Below are positions 1-13,766 of a DNA stretch of 33,972 nt, one piece after another. Every line of letters begins with the position of its first letter. The first letter of the stretch is position 1. The stretch is from Podarcis melisellensis (lineage: Eukaryota). The position numbers were made by a program, and so were the translations under genes. Below the pieces are notes generated by a model, which saw nothing but the letters and a program-made list of their open reading frames with translations, did no database searches and was not told the origin of the DNA. The stretch lies in assembly GCA_964234715.1 (NCBI GenBank), contig OZ174278.1; one strand, written 5' to 3'.

Positions 1-157
1 GAAGGAAATCCAGGAAAGAAGTCTCCCTTGAATGATCACTTGCATTCACCATAGGCAAAATGTAAGCAAATGACAATAACATGGGTTGAAGAAATGAATG
101 GCAAAGTGATGCTAAGAATCCATTTTTGTTTCCAAGTTAAATGCATTTATAATTAAG

Positions 158-158
<1 letters not shown>

Positions 159-201
<43 letters not shown>
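159..201. repeat. (TG)n microsatellite
   Basis: Directly visible dinucleotide run. Confidence 0.95.
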
Positions 202-203
<2 letters not shown>

Positions 204-291
204 ACACTTAGTAAATGAGTCTGAAAGCTCACCAGGGCAACCTAAATATTTCACAGGCAAGGAAATACCTATTTATTTTTAATCTTTATCC

Positions 292-435
292 ATAGCTCAG
301 CCGGTAAAGCATGAGACTCTTAATCTCAGGTTCATGGGTTGGAGCCCCACGTTGGGCAAAAGATTCCTACATTGCAGGGGGTTGGACTAGATGACTCTCA
401 AAATCCCTTCCAACTCTACAATTCTATGATTCTAT
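292..435 (+). mobile_element. SINE with tRNA-Lys(CTT) head and CR1-LINE-derived 3' tail
   Basis: 293-357 closely matches vertebrate tRNA-Lys-CTT (anticodon CTT 319-321), followed by GGGGTTGGACTAGATGAC..CCCTTCCAAC..ATTCTATGATTCTA, the CR1 3' end with its octamer repeat. Confidence 0.85.
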
Positions 436-2197
436 AACCGTTTCCAGTAAAGGAACAGTTGGGACACAATGCAAGGGGAAGCTGGGTTGATGTTTTATTT
501 GCTCAGGCCCCACTGAAACAGGAGATCTGCAACAAAGATTTATTCAAGATTGTCATTCTTTGTTTTATGCTTGAGAAATCTAGCTTGCCACACAAGTAGT
601 TTAGCCTGATGCTTCTGACTGCAGTCAGCTCCAGAAATTCCCATTTGTTGAAATAAAGAATCCTTATATGTTCCAAGGATGTTTTGATGCTAGCACATAT
701 TTTCTGGATGGATTTTGCAGATCATCACCAAGTGAATAGGGGAAAGCTGTTCAGATTTCCATAATTTCGGAATACATGACTCTTTTCAGTTGACTGGACC
801 CCGTTCACAGTTTTAAAAAGATTTATCTGCACTATTCATTATTTACCCTCTATGTATTATTAATCACTTGCCATTCATTTCAATTTGTTTATCAATAATG
901 CATGAGGGTGAGTTGGTTTTTTTTCATTTTTAAAAAGGGAAATTCGCCGCCTCATTGGCTATGGTTGAAAACTGCAATTTTCTATCTCCAGAAATCATTG
1001 TTTTGGCTTAGCTCACTGAAACCATATTCTCTGAATGATATTTTTCTCATGCCAAGTGCCTGCCGAACCTGCAAAAGGGTTGCAGCTGCCTTAGCTGGCA
1101 AACGAACAAGCAAAAACAAAAAAATTGGTGGCAAGAGTTGATTGTGCAATACTTGAGGACTGAAAGCTCCTCACCAAAGAATTGCCTTTTTAATTCAAAT
1201 AAACGAAGGGCTCCCTCCCTTGCTTGCCCATTTTCTGCCAATAGTTCCCAGTTCATTCTGTTTCCAAGCACCAACTCAACCACAAATCTTTTCCTCAGTT
1301 TTCTGCTTCTCAGGTCATTGCCTATGTCACCCCACATCCTTTGGTCACCTTTCTGCTGACTGGAATCCCTAGTCCATTTTTAATTTAAGTGCTATGAAGT
1401 TTCTTCAGAGCCGCTTCTTTGCTAGCTCCCTCTTGTCTCAGTTTCCTGCCTCCCCAGATCTTTCCCTCAAGTCTCATTATCTGCCTATACTTCCTTCAGG
1501 TTTATCATTCTCAGCCATGTCCCAGTCCACTGCCTACTACTACATTGTCCTCCCTCAGTCTCCATGCTTTCTAGTTTAGCACATAGCTGTGACATGGGGC
1601 AAAATGTTAGGTTCCCCTTCTCTTCCATCACCGATCCAAATTAGGATCACCAACCAACACTTGGTTTATGTAGAGAAAAATGAGTCTGGTCATGCAACTC
1701 CCATGTTATGTGCAATGCAGCTTAAAATTCTGAGCCATTGTACCAGCTCAGCTAATCAGTGTAAGAGATTTCACCTTCACAAGCACAATTCAATATAGAT
1801 TCTCCTTTGCTCTGAGAATATATTCCAGGAACAATGTAGGGATCACACAGGCTCATAGGTTATGCTAAATAAGCTTTCCCATTGCCAATAGAAGTCAAAT
1901 GTAGGGGCTTTCTGTGTCATATGCTGGCCTACTTTCTGCACAAAACCTTCAGTCTGAAGAATATACATATACAAAAGAGTTTCAGTTAGATTTTTTTATC
2001 TTCATGACCTTCAAATAAAAAACTACTGGAACACAATGCAGCCAAAATAGGTTTTTTTATATTAAAAAAAAGTCCACTGACTTGAGTAGAAAATATTTAA
2101 ACACATGCTTAACTCGCCCATTTTAATCATTGGGACTTTAAAGTGACTGACTTTGTAGTGTTATGTTCAATGCGCACCAACAATCTGAAGATGTATT

Positions 2198-2227
2198 GTG
2201 CTCACTTCGGCAGCACATATACTACTA
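2198..2227 (+). pseudogene. 3'-truncated U6 snRNA retrocopy (first 27 nt plus CTA) with 13-bp TSD
   Basis: GTGCTCACTTCGGCAGCACATATACTA matches U6 nt 1-27 with one mismatch; flanked by CTGAAGATGTATT at 2185-2197 and 2228-2240. Confidence 0.88.
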
Positions 2228-2504
2228 CTGAAGATGTATTTGATTTTCAGGCAGACAGGAGAGTTAGAACCTCTCCAAACTAGTGTTACTTTGTGGGTGT
2301 ATTCTGTAACATGTCATCAGTGCAGTAGTGGTGGATTTATACTGGACCATACAAACATCATTCCACTTTATGAGTTGTTCTGTGATGCTGCCCCAATTGC
2401 CATTTTGAGTAGTACACTTGCATTATAGTGCAACAGAAGTGAGGTTCCTTCCCTCCTCCACTCGAACATGAAAAGTTACAAGATTTCAGCAGAAAGCTCC
2501 AAGT

Positions 2505-2758
2505 CATGGGTAGGCAATCCAAGGCCCGGGGGCCGGATCCGGCCCAATTGCTTTCTAAATCTGGCCCACGGATGGTCCGGGAATCAGCATGTTTTTACAT
2601 GAGTAGAATGTGTCCTTTTATTTAAAATGCATCTCTGGGTTATTTATGGGGCATAGGAATTCGTTCATTTATTTTCCCCCCCAAAATATAGTCTGGCCCC
2701 CGACAAGGTCTGAGGGACAGTGGACTGGCCCCCTGCTGAAAAGGTTTGCTGACCCCTG
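2505..2758. mobile_element. Non-autonomous hAT (Charlie/OC1-like) MITE
   Basis: Imperfect TIRs CATGGGTAGGCAA / TTGCTGACCCCTG; perfect 8-bp TSD CTCCAAGT (2497-2504, 2759-2766); GGCCC subterminal repeats. Confidence 0.88.
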
Positions 2759-3002
2759 CTCCAAGTCATGCATCTACTGTAATCAAAGCAGTATGTCCAC
2801 TCCAAAACCTTTGCAGTACAAACAGTATTCAAAGTGGAAACACATATAATGCTTCCGATACCATCATGAGCACAAATAATTTTGAATGCACAATAAAAAT
2901 GACAGTTGGAGGGGCCCTTGTTGGAGGGGCTTAGCACTGTGGCAGTGATATTCTCTGGAGCTTTGGAAAGCTCTTGTGGCACCCAATTAGAGTAATGTAT
3001 GG

Positions 3003-3273
3003 CAGGGTTGCCATTTTTCATAAAGTGAAAATCCAGACACAAAAGTTGTTGAGCTTCTTTTGCAAAATCTCCAAAACAAATGAAGTTTTTAAGCTATTTT
3101 CTTTTACAAAATTTGCCAAAAAAAAAATCCACCCCAACACTTCCGATATGGGCTGCCATATGCCCAAGTATTCCTGGACATTTAAACCAATTTTCAAAAG
3201 TTGCATCCATACGCTGTTTTTGATCGACAAATCCCGGGTACATCTGAGAAATTCTGGACGTATGGCAGCCCTA
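3003..3273. mobile_element. Non-autonomous hAT (Tip100-like) MITE
   Basis: TIRs CAGGGTTGCCAT / ATGGCAGCCCTA; perfect 8-bp TSD ATGTATGG (2995-3002, 3274-3281). Confidence 0.88.
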
Positions 3274-3627
3274 ATGTATGGGCTACTGCTGAAAGCAAAC
3301 GGGTTTATATTTCCTCCACTTCTATCCTTCATAACATCTGGCCAGCTAAACTATCCAAGATGACAACATGGTGCTTCTGTGAGTTTCCCCAACCTCAACC
3401 CCATTCCCATTCCATGTCACCCATTTGCAGGTCAAAGAAACTCAAAAAGCACTTGCATCCTGCCATACATTTAAGATCACTAGCACTGAGGGGCAGAGAG
3501 AGGAGACTCTGCTATCAACGGCAGCCACACACTACACATACGATCTAATTTTACCTTTATAAAGTAGGCAAACTGGCTATTTTCCAATGAACCTGAAACA
3601 TCAATGGAACTTACTCCTACCTAATCA

Positions 3628-4740
<1,113 letters not shown>

Positions 4741-7110
4741 AAAGCATTTTAAAGAAAATTTAGCTCCTTAGAAAGCTGTTGAAATATGTTTTTGCTTATT
4801 ACAGCTACCGCTGTTGTGGGGTTTTGTTTTGGGTTTCATTTATACGGCCTTTGCTCTCATATCAAATCTTGTTATCCTGTCAATATTTAAAGTAAACAAA
4901 GGTGGTTTTTTTATACAGACCTTTATCTCAAGTAATTTGATTCATATTTCTGTCCAGTATCTGTCACGCTTCACGCAAAAATACAGGTATACATGGGTGA
5001 TTTCACACATCAAGGTTTACACAAACTACTAAGGGTTTCTTTTGCAACTGCAGTGTGAGAATGTATGTATGAGAAACATACTGTGACACATCAGCAAGGG
5101 AACATCTAGGTGATTTCCTCCAACTAGATATAAGAGCCTGTTTACAATCACCATTTCATTTTTGTCATGGTTTTACTGATCTCTCTCCTCTACCTCTTCC
5201 CTCTTTGTCTTTTTAGTTTGTAAGCTGCTTTTGGATACAATAGTCGTATTTGAAAAGCAGGGTAAAAATATGACAAGCAAAACAATTTCCGCAAAGCAGT
5301 CACTTGAAACATGAACGCTATACATCAAAAATATACCCATGTAAAACAAAACCCAAAGAAACATGGACATTTTTGTCAACCTCCTCCTCCCACATAAGCT
5401 CTCCAAATGTTACCTATCATGGTGAAAGTGTGTTCTAGAACGGTGACACTTTTCCCTGTTCCATTATGAGAATATTAACAATTACAGAGTTAAACCTATT
5501 TCAGTGTGTTCCCAAATTGTGTGGGCTGGATGATTTGCATTTTATATGCTTGTCAAAGGAGCTCAAAACCACTAAAGGTTTGCATAACATTTTGTTAAAT
5601 TGAAAAACACCTGACTTTTTTTTTTTTAAAGACTAGAGATAGGAGTATCATTATTTACAAGAGAAGACTCTGAATCCAAGTTGGCACCCCTGGTGAGTGT
5701 TTCAGTAGTTCTTGTTAGCCATGTAATAAAGGAGACCTTGACACAGCAGAGAGTGGTGAAGTGGTAACTCGAACAATTGCAGTTCAGCATGCTGTCACCT
5801 CTTTTTGTGCCAGAATAGCTATGCCTCTCAGGAACTATAAAAGGTGGGGAGGGGATTGTGGAAGCGGAGAGTGTGGGATGTCACCCAGAAGCATATTTTC
5901 CACCCAGCCTACAAGAACGCTCTAGGAGACAATCACCCTATGCACTCCAAATTGTTCATGTTTGAGCAGGGTAGTGTTTGATGTGCCATTTTCTTTTTCT
6001 GTTTGAAAAATGGCAGTGCGTAAGACTCTGTACTGTAACATATATATTATTATCGCTACCGCTCTTTTTAATGCTGTGTCCCACAAAGGAAACCGGGAGT
6101 ACCTGGAACAAAGCAGCGGCCTCTGTATTCTCTGGGAGCTTGCTAGGAATGCAGTTATGCAAAGTGCACTGAAACGGGCAATTAAAAAAGCAAAACAAAA
6201 CATGGTCTGACGAAGGCGTATAGTCAGGACACCCTGGAATACCAAGGGTGTCAACAGGAGCGTTTGTGTGAATGAGAGGGAAGGGTGGCAGTAGAATTGG
6301 TCCGCTAGCAACTAGCAAATTATCATATTCTGCAAATGAGTGTCTGGATCGGGACAATGTGCAACGATGAGGATTTCTCTGGTGTGTTACTTGGTGTCGT
6401 TCCCTCTTACAATGAAAGTACTGTGTGTACTGACCGCAAAGATGCTCTAAGAACAGAACCTATTTTCCATCCTTGACACCAGAGTCCACATACATACATC
6501 CTCACTGTCGTAATGAAGGGCATTTGACTAGTAATTAAATAACTACGAGTGGTCCGTCTTCTTCTGGGATAAGGGGAAAATTCCACATATGCAGAAAGTA
6601 CCTAGGCTGTGCATTTACGTCATGAGAACATGAAAGATCTGTTAAATATTGCTACTGACTTAGGTGATATTGGTGCAGGGGAATTACATAGGCCACGATT
6701 AAGGAATAAGTGAAGTACATTTTGAAGCAATAAATATTTTCCTGCACAAAAGCGGTTTCCTGAAATTAGCTTAACTTTGTTTGTGGTGTGACATTATTAA
6801 TTTTTTTCCCTTTAAGAAAAGAACCAAGGTATGATTTTACCCAACCCCTACGTTTACTATACTCCTGTTATGAAAAAAATAAAATAAAATATGGGTATGG
6901 CCTGCTGATGGTACCCTCCTGTCTGAGCTCATTATTACTGTGATTTTGTGTGAGGAAATGTTCTTTCAGAAAAGTGCGGGGCAAACTTGTCAGTTGATGA
7001 AAGAAAAAAAAGGAAAGAACAAATCGGTAAAGGATTCTAACTGCGCTTTAAGAGTAATAATAATAATACAAAATGGCACACTTTCAAAATTGGTTGACAT
7101 TCGCCTGGGC

Positions 7111-7338
<228 letters not shown>

Positions 7339-7480
7339 TTAGGAAAATAAAAACTTTTTAATCACATGCAAAAATTATGATTATCCACACTGACAGATGC
7401 AGAAACTAGGAGTACTGAACCTAGAAATCACCATGAAATTTCTTTAACTATAACCTCCAGGGTGCCACAGGTCCAAGGCA

Positions 7481-7533
7481 CATCACATGCTCCTCAGGCA
7501 GAATGTCCTAGGTTCAGTCTCTGGCATCTCCAG
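7481..7533 (+). mobile_element. Degenerate tRNA-derived SINE fragment (Squam3-like 5' part)
   Basis: GCAGAATGTCCTAGGTTCAGTCTCTGGCATCTCCAG, a B-box-like motif resembling the recalled squamate SINE. Confidence 0.5.
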
Positions 7534-7670
7534 AATGATCAAGTGGATGGAGCAACTCCCACATTAAATACGATTCTTGTAATGCATTAAACGTAGGGCT
7601 TCTTCTGAAGGTGGTTTGGGAACTTCAGCTAGTGCAGAATTCAATGGCCAGGTTGCTCCCTGGGGCAAGG

Positions 7671-8109
7671 TGCTTGGGAAACTGTGTACATGCAGCTACT
7701 CACACAGAGTCAATTAAGGTTTGGCAGACAGCCAGAAGGCAATCTGAAGGAGTAAGTCTACCTGGAGATAACAGACATGGAGACCGCTCCCTGATTGGTC
7801 AAGCTCTCTCAAGGGAGTGATAATTAATGGCCTACTAACTGTTAGTTCAGAGTTTGTGAGTTCAGTAGTTCTGTGTCAGTGTAGGAGTTGTGAGTCGTGT
7901 CAGAGAGAGCTAGCAAAAGATCCGTGATCTGTTCCTGTAAATAGTCCACTGTATATAATAAACACCTAACTACAAGTTCCTGGTTCCTGGTTCCTGCTTC
8001 GTCTATCCTGTCTGCAGCCAAGTTGCCATTTGCTTCCGTGGATTCTGCATGTACTCTGCTAGATCTGGCTAAGGTCGTGCAACTAGTCAGAAAGTTGTGA
8101 AACACCAAA
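7671..8109 (+). mobile_element. Degraded solo-LTR-like insertion inside the L2
   Basis: ~440 bp non-L2 segment starting TG(C)TTGGG; contains CTGATTGG, TGTAAATA and AATAAA; ends ..ACCAAA; TSD not clearly preserved. Confidence 0.5.
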
Positions 8110-8335
8110 TAGGTTTTGCCAATATGAACCTTCCCACACCCGAGTTCATCCTCCGAGGCCCTTCTTCGAATGCCTCCTCCATGAGAGGTCCAGAGGGTAG
8201 CAACACAAGAACTGGCCTTTTCCGCAGTGGCCTCCGGGATTGTGGAATGGTCTCCCCGGTGAGGTTCGCCTGGAGCCTTCATTATACACCCTTATGCGTC
8301 AGGCAAAATCATTCCTCTTTAACCAGACCTTTGGA

Positions 8336-8375
8336 TGATTGACATCTGATGCCCTTGATTGACATCTGATGCCCT
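8336..8375. repeat. 20-bp perfect tandem duplication TGATTGACATCTGATGCCCT x2
   Basis: Directly visible. Confidence 0.9.
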
Positions 8376-9384
8376 TTTAAAAAGTGTTGGGGAGGGGGTG
8401 GGGTTATTGGGTTGTTCTTGTTTTTATTTTTATTATGCATTTTGTATCTTTATATTGTAATTCACTCCAGATTACAGAACAGATATGTTTAGGAGAAGCC
8501 ATAAATCTCAGTCAAATGCATGTTGGGTACACACTTTGATTACAGTCTAGTCTAGCGCTGTAGCCAAATTGGACTGGGTACATCGCACTGATAATGTTTT
8601 GCTCACTACATCATCCCTGGCTGGAATCATGCTGTAAGGAAAATGAAAACAACCCTGGAGAAACAGCAGACAGGAAAACCTAGCTGGCTGTGAACAGACA
8701 TTAAAAACATTGGAGAAATACATTTTGTTTCCACCTCTCCCCCTACCCCCTGCTTTGCCACGAACAATTCCCATGGGGGAAAAGAAATCAGCATATTTAT
8801 TTGAATTCTGGCCCAGCCACATGCAGTATTCTAAGGCCTACATTTGTTCCATTTTGAACTTTTTATACTATACAATTTTTAAATGCATTCATTGGTTGGG
8901 AAAAAAAAGTCACTCATTTCGAAACCCCTGAGCCAATTTTGCTCTCACATCAGTACTATGCCACCCAAGTGGAATGTGTGAACAGAGTTTGTTCTTTGGA
9001 CAGAATAGAATCAAACAATATTTTGAACAGTTGTCTGATCAGCTGTGTGCCACTTGGATTTCAGAGCTTATCAGAGCACGCACTGTGGGAAGCTATTGTG
9101 AAAACTTGAGAAAAGAGGTGTTTTGCCAGGTGTTGTTCATTCTGAAATTACTGAATTTTTCTAGTGCTTCAAAGAGCCTCTTAAACAATACGGGGAGGAG
9201 ATGAAAGCAATGCTCTGGTGTAAGTGCCAGGAATCTATATGATAGGGGGAAAAAACCTGTACAGTATCAATACTGAACCACAGATTACCTTCCCTGAGCC
9301 CTCATCCACGTAAATAAGGTTATAATTAGAGGCGCACATATTTGTATAGTGTCAGTGCAATGGATGGAGACTTACTCTGAAAGA

Positions 9385-9471
9385 ACAGCACAAACCATGT
9401 CTACTCAGAAGTAAGTTCTGTTGAATTCAATGGGGAGTGCTCTGGGATAAGCAGAGTTAGAATTGTAGCCT
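9385..9471. mobile_element. Short degenerate palindromic MITE-like repeat
   Basis: CTACTCAGAAGTAAGTTCTGTTGAATTCAATGGG..AGAATTGTAGCC, with central dyad TTGAATTCAA; resembles a common sauropsid repeat. Confidence 0.55.
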
Positions 9472-10818
9472 GAAGTATCAAATAACAAGTTTTCTGATAC
9501 TATGGCACGTCATTTATTAATGCGAAAAGCAGGGTGACATTGTTCCCTGTCTGGAGGACATGCGGCAGATGATTAAATGTGCAATATCCCCAAAAGTATA
9601 TGTCAACCTGTAATAAGCCACTTTTAATAATCCGAATGCTTTGAGAAATAAATAAGGGCATCTACAATGTGACCAAACTAGAAATTCTTAGAAGGGGAGA
9701 CAGTCTGCCAAAGGTTTGTTTAATTTAGGCAGGGACTGCAACTGAAATAGGGCACGAATATTTGGAGAACCATGACCTCAATTTTAAGCACAGCTAGAAG
9801 GTGGTGGGGAAGTTGGATCAAAACGCCTGTCCCCGAGTACTCCATCTTCTATGGAGCAAATGAAAACCGCCCCAGGGAAATAAAGCTTGAATCGGCTTAA
9901 AACAGCTGGAGTAAAACAGATCCACTATAATCCAGAATGTCATGTAGATTCTGGGAATAAGAGGTGGGTTTCATTTCATTTCATTTTAATTTTATTTTGT
10001 TTTGAGCATTTGTACTCCACTCTTCAGCCACAGCAGCTTTCATAGAACCAAAACAAGACAGACCCTACCCACAAGTTGACAATCTAAAAGAACCCCATGA
10101 ATCTAAAATACAACAGAACATTCTGTGAGTGGGTGAGTCTTCTTACTAAAATTAATTCAAAATCTTGATAATTGACATTTTCCACTTTTTAAACATGCTT
10201 GGAGTAATATGGGTCAGAACCCAAATCAAAGCATGATGCTTCTAATCATGGAGTTCCATGTGGTTCGTCATCTACTACCTTCTAAATTGCTCAGTCTCCT
10301 TCCAGCTTTCGGAAGGGGTAGGACAATATCTTCAACAGTCCCTTCCAGGTCTGTATTAACAAGGCATTTACATCACTGCCTTAGTCTACCTTGAAGAATG
10401 GTACCATTTACTTAGGCTTCCAAAATCTGTGTCATCATTATGTCTCCCCCCCCCATTTTGTCTTGAAACAATACCAGCTTATTACACCCTCTGTGTGCTT
10501 TTTTTAATCTAAAAGTCTATAAACTCTTTATGCCTTACCCTCTGTGTTCTATTTCTTATATTGCATCGCATATTTTCTTTTGACATTTGTTTTCAAACAG
10601 ATTTTGATACACATTGATGTTTCTAATACATATAGCAGGTCTGGGTGAGCAATTATTAGAAAGATGAAGATGAAGATTTGTCTCTTGTTTAGTGTTAACA
10701 AGACATATTTGCAATGTGAATTCTTGCTTTCCTGCCTTCCGTGATTTGATTGCATCCATCAATAATTTGTTCATGGATATATGAATTTCTATATCTTTCC
10801 CACAATGCCATTATCTGT

Positions 10819-11030
10819 GGGTGACATCCAATAATTTCCACCCAACTGTGCAACACACTTGCCCAACAGGACTTCCCTTTCCTCCCTCCCCTTTGAAGGC
10901 TCCCAAAATCTGCTCCAAAGGATCTCTCAACCCTTTAGAACAGATCTGGGGGCAGAACAGGGGTGAGGAGAGGAAGGGTAAGTCTCCTTGTGCAAATGGA
11001 AGTACCGGTACATTCATATGCCACCGGATA
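10819..11030. mobile_element. Imperfect palindromic MITE-like element (related copy near 24085-24235)
   Basis: Arms ACTTCCCTTTCCTCCCTCCCC / GGGGTGAGGAGAGGAAGGGTAAGT and CCCAAAATCTGCTCCAAAGG / CCCTTTAGAACAGATCTGGG. Confidence 0.55.
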
Positions 11031-11032
11031 TT

Positions 11033-11374
11033 AGGTAAAGGGACCCCTGACCATTAGGTCCAGTCATGACTGACTTTGGGGTTGCAGCGCTCATCTCGCT
11101 TTATTGGCTGAGGGAGCCGGCGTACAGCTTCCGGGTCATGCGGCTAGCATGACTAAGCTGCTTCTGGCGAACCAGAGCAGCGCACAGAAACGCCGTTTAC
11201 CTTCCCGCTGGAGCGGTACCTATTTATCTACTTGCACTTTGATGAGCTTTTGAATTGCTAGGTTGACAGGAGCAGGGACCGAACAACGGGAGCTCACCCC
11301 GTTGCGGGGATTCAAACCGCCGACCTTCTGATCAGCAAGTCCTAGGCTCTGTGGTTTAACCCACAGCACCACCC
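11033..11374 (-). mobile_element. Sauria SINE (Squam1-type), near full length
   Basis: Diagnostic GGTAAAGGGACCCCTGACCATTAGGTCCAGTC..GCCGTTTACCTTCCCGC..GGTACCTATTTATCTACTTGCAC..; tRNA-like head at the right end. Confidence 0.92.
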
Positions 11375-11942
11375 TTATTTCCTTGTCACTTTATTTCTGT
11401 ATTTATCTGCAAATTTCTAAATCAGCCAAAGGAAGCACAAAGGAATCTACAAAATATTAGTCTTGGCAGTGAGGCTGAGCTTCCTAGGAACTAGTGTGGT
11501 TGACACAAGATAGAAGGAATATCAGAAAAAACATCATGGCAGCAAAATAAGAAGAATCACAAAGGCCTTCTTGTAAGAAAATGGAACAAAAACAGCTCAA
11601 TATTTTGCTGCTATTTATCATGTTTACATGACTCTAGTGATTTTGATGTCTACACCAAAGCGGGGAGTATTTTTCTAAGGCTTGCCACTCTGGCTTTGAG
11701 TACAATGCACACATGGTGCTTGCTTGACTAGTGTACTACTGGTGCTTTTAGCAAGAAATGCAGAACTTTATTGTGACATTTCCTTAAAGATGAAAAGACA
11801 TTTTTCTCCTTCATAAGTTGCAATTTAAAATTGTGCAGGAAGTGGTTGTTTCTGTTTGTGTGTGTTTTGGTACAAGAACTGACACCCAACTAAGTCTTAC
11901 TCTAAGCAGACACACTGAAACCAATCAGCAAATCACTTAGGT

Positions 11943-12137
11943 CAGGGCTGTCCAGCTCCCAAGAGACTGCGATCTACTCACAGTATAAAAAAACTGGCAG
12001 TGATCTACTCATTGTCACTGGGGCCAAAGTTGTTGAGCTTTTTTCTTTTTGTTGGGGGGTACAAAGATTGATCAGGATCAACCAGATGCATCCTGCGATC
12101 GACCAGTAGGTCGCGATCGATCTGCTGAGCAGGCCTG
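11943..12137. mobile_element. hAT MITE nested in the centre of an older palindromic repeat (~11880-12195)
   Basis: Ends CAGGGCTG / CAGGCCTG; perfect 8-bp TSD ACTTAGGT (11935-11942, 12138-12145); repeated GATCTAC/GATCGAC subterminal motifs. Confidence 0.85.
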
Positions 12138-12211
12138 ACTTAGGTCAATTTATTTCAATTGGCCTCCTCTATGTTTGACTGCTGGATATCACTCTATAGC
12201 GGATGCATTCA

Positions 12212-12302
12212 ACATGGTACCCTCCAGATCTTGTTGGACTACAACTCTCATCATCCTTTGATGCTAGCATCATCTAAAGAGCACCACATTGGCTATTGCT
12301 GC
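12212..12302. mobile_element. Degenerate hAT-Charlie (MER5/URR1-like) MITE fragment; further fragments at ~19060-19161 and ~22625-22682
   Basis: GGACTACAACTCTCATCATCC motif shared with the intact copy at 14182. Confidence 0.6.
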
Positions 12303-13561
12303 CCTGGCTCTCACTAATTCTTCCTTTAAGTCAGAAAGAATTAATTCTTTAAAGCAGAAGGTCTTGATGCAAAATACCAACATTGACTGTGCCTGAGCTG
12401 CAAAAAGGTAAGAAAGTGCTCTTTCATTGTCAGCTGCAAAAAGAGAGCGAGAGCGAGAGCACTAGAAACTAATACCTTTTCTTGGTAGGTATTTATAGGT
12501 AAATACTCAAAATTGCCCAGATACCAAGATCGCATTTTAAACCAAATGTCAGCTTGTAAACAAGCAAGAAGATCGACGTCACATCATTGTCTCTAGGACA
12601 ATAAAGTTCCCAGCCTTTCAACAACCATAATTTGGTTCCAAGAAATCTAGAGAGTGACAGGTATATGATAAAGGAAACCTAAAAATACAACAGAGAGTTC
12701 ACAACAGCAACACATTTAGATGATTATCCATTCAAGCCTTAAGATTGCTGACCAATCGTCACCTTCAGAATACAAACTTTTCTGTACTTTGTCGAAATTA
12801 CAAAGTAAAACTTGAGTAAGTTAAATTATCGATTGACTGCTTTCCTCTTTTGCTTAGCAACCACATTTAGCACCTCAGAACGAAAATTATTCCTGCACAA
12901 AAAGAGTACAAATAATGCAGGTTAAGTACTCTCCTGGTGTGAATGTATGAAAGGTAGGCTTGTTTTCTGGCTTTGTCCAGTTCATTGTAGCCATTGTCCC
13001 CTATACGGTTTTATCAAGAATGCTTAAATGGCTATCATCAAATAGCATTTGAATACACTGTAATTCTAGTGCACAACTAGGTTTTATCAGGGTCACTGCG
13101 CTGAACTGAGCACAGGATGATGAAGAGTCTGAAACATGGGCTATTCTCTACCAGAAGAATTAGACACCATTAGATTCCCATTCTTCTCAACGTGAACAGC
13201 AGCTGAGGCTTTGGCAGAATTCCCCACGCTGATGCTCCTTTGATTCCTATATTGTCTGAACCTTGGCATTCACACAAGGAGTGAGCAGACAGAGGTGGTT
13301 TTAGGGTGGTGTGCCCACTGGGTGCCAGATTGCAGGGGGCACCAAAACAATGCTGAAGAATGGGGTGTGAGAGGCAGTGGGTGCAAAACTTTAGTGTTTA
13401 GAACGTTTTTGCCTTTGTGTCTCAGAAAGCACAGCATACAGAAAGAAGAGCCCCACTGGATTCAGCAGCCTTGCTGGGGACCAGATTGAGCCTATGGTTT
13501 GACAGCTGCCAATCATGTTGCCCTTTTTATAATTATATGTCCGTTTTGGATATCTTCCCTG

Positions 13562-13725
13562 CTTTATTTTTATTTTTTACGTATTTCATAAAATTTGTAT
13601 ACCGCTTGATTGTAGAAACCCTCAAAAGAGGTTTACAAAAACAATAAAACAGTAAGATTATTGGTAAAAACGACCACAGAATTAAAACCAGCAAAAAAGG
13701 AAAAAACACATAAACATTCTAAATA
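13562..13725 (-). mobile_element. L2-type 3' tail relic
   Basis: TTTATT.. TTTGTATACCGC..CTCAAAAGAGGTTTACA.., the reverse complement of an L2 3' end. Confidence 0.55.
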
Positions 13726-13766
13726 TTTGTATATATATCTCTTCCATTGTGCCAGTGAGATCAGAA

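Larger units (their letters stand above)
7590..8460 (+). mobile_element. L2 LINE 3' relic, interrupted by an LTR-like insertion
   Basis: Translates ..ELQLVQNSMARLL.. (L2 ORF2 motif KLQLVQNAAARLL); typical L2 3' end TGTGGAATG.TCTCCC and a T-rich 3'UTR. Confidence 0.75.

Noticed and set aside
292-357. Functional tRNA-Lys gene
   Set aside because: 5' acceptor strand missing, T-loop mutated (GGTTGGA), and fused to a CR1 tail: it is a SINE head
2198-2224. Functional U6 gene
   Set aside because: Only 27 nt, lacks the ACAGAGA box and is bounded by a TSD
9530-9610. Mini hAT with CAGGGTGACAT / ATGTCAACCTG ends
   Set aside because: No convincing TSD; too short and degenerate to call
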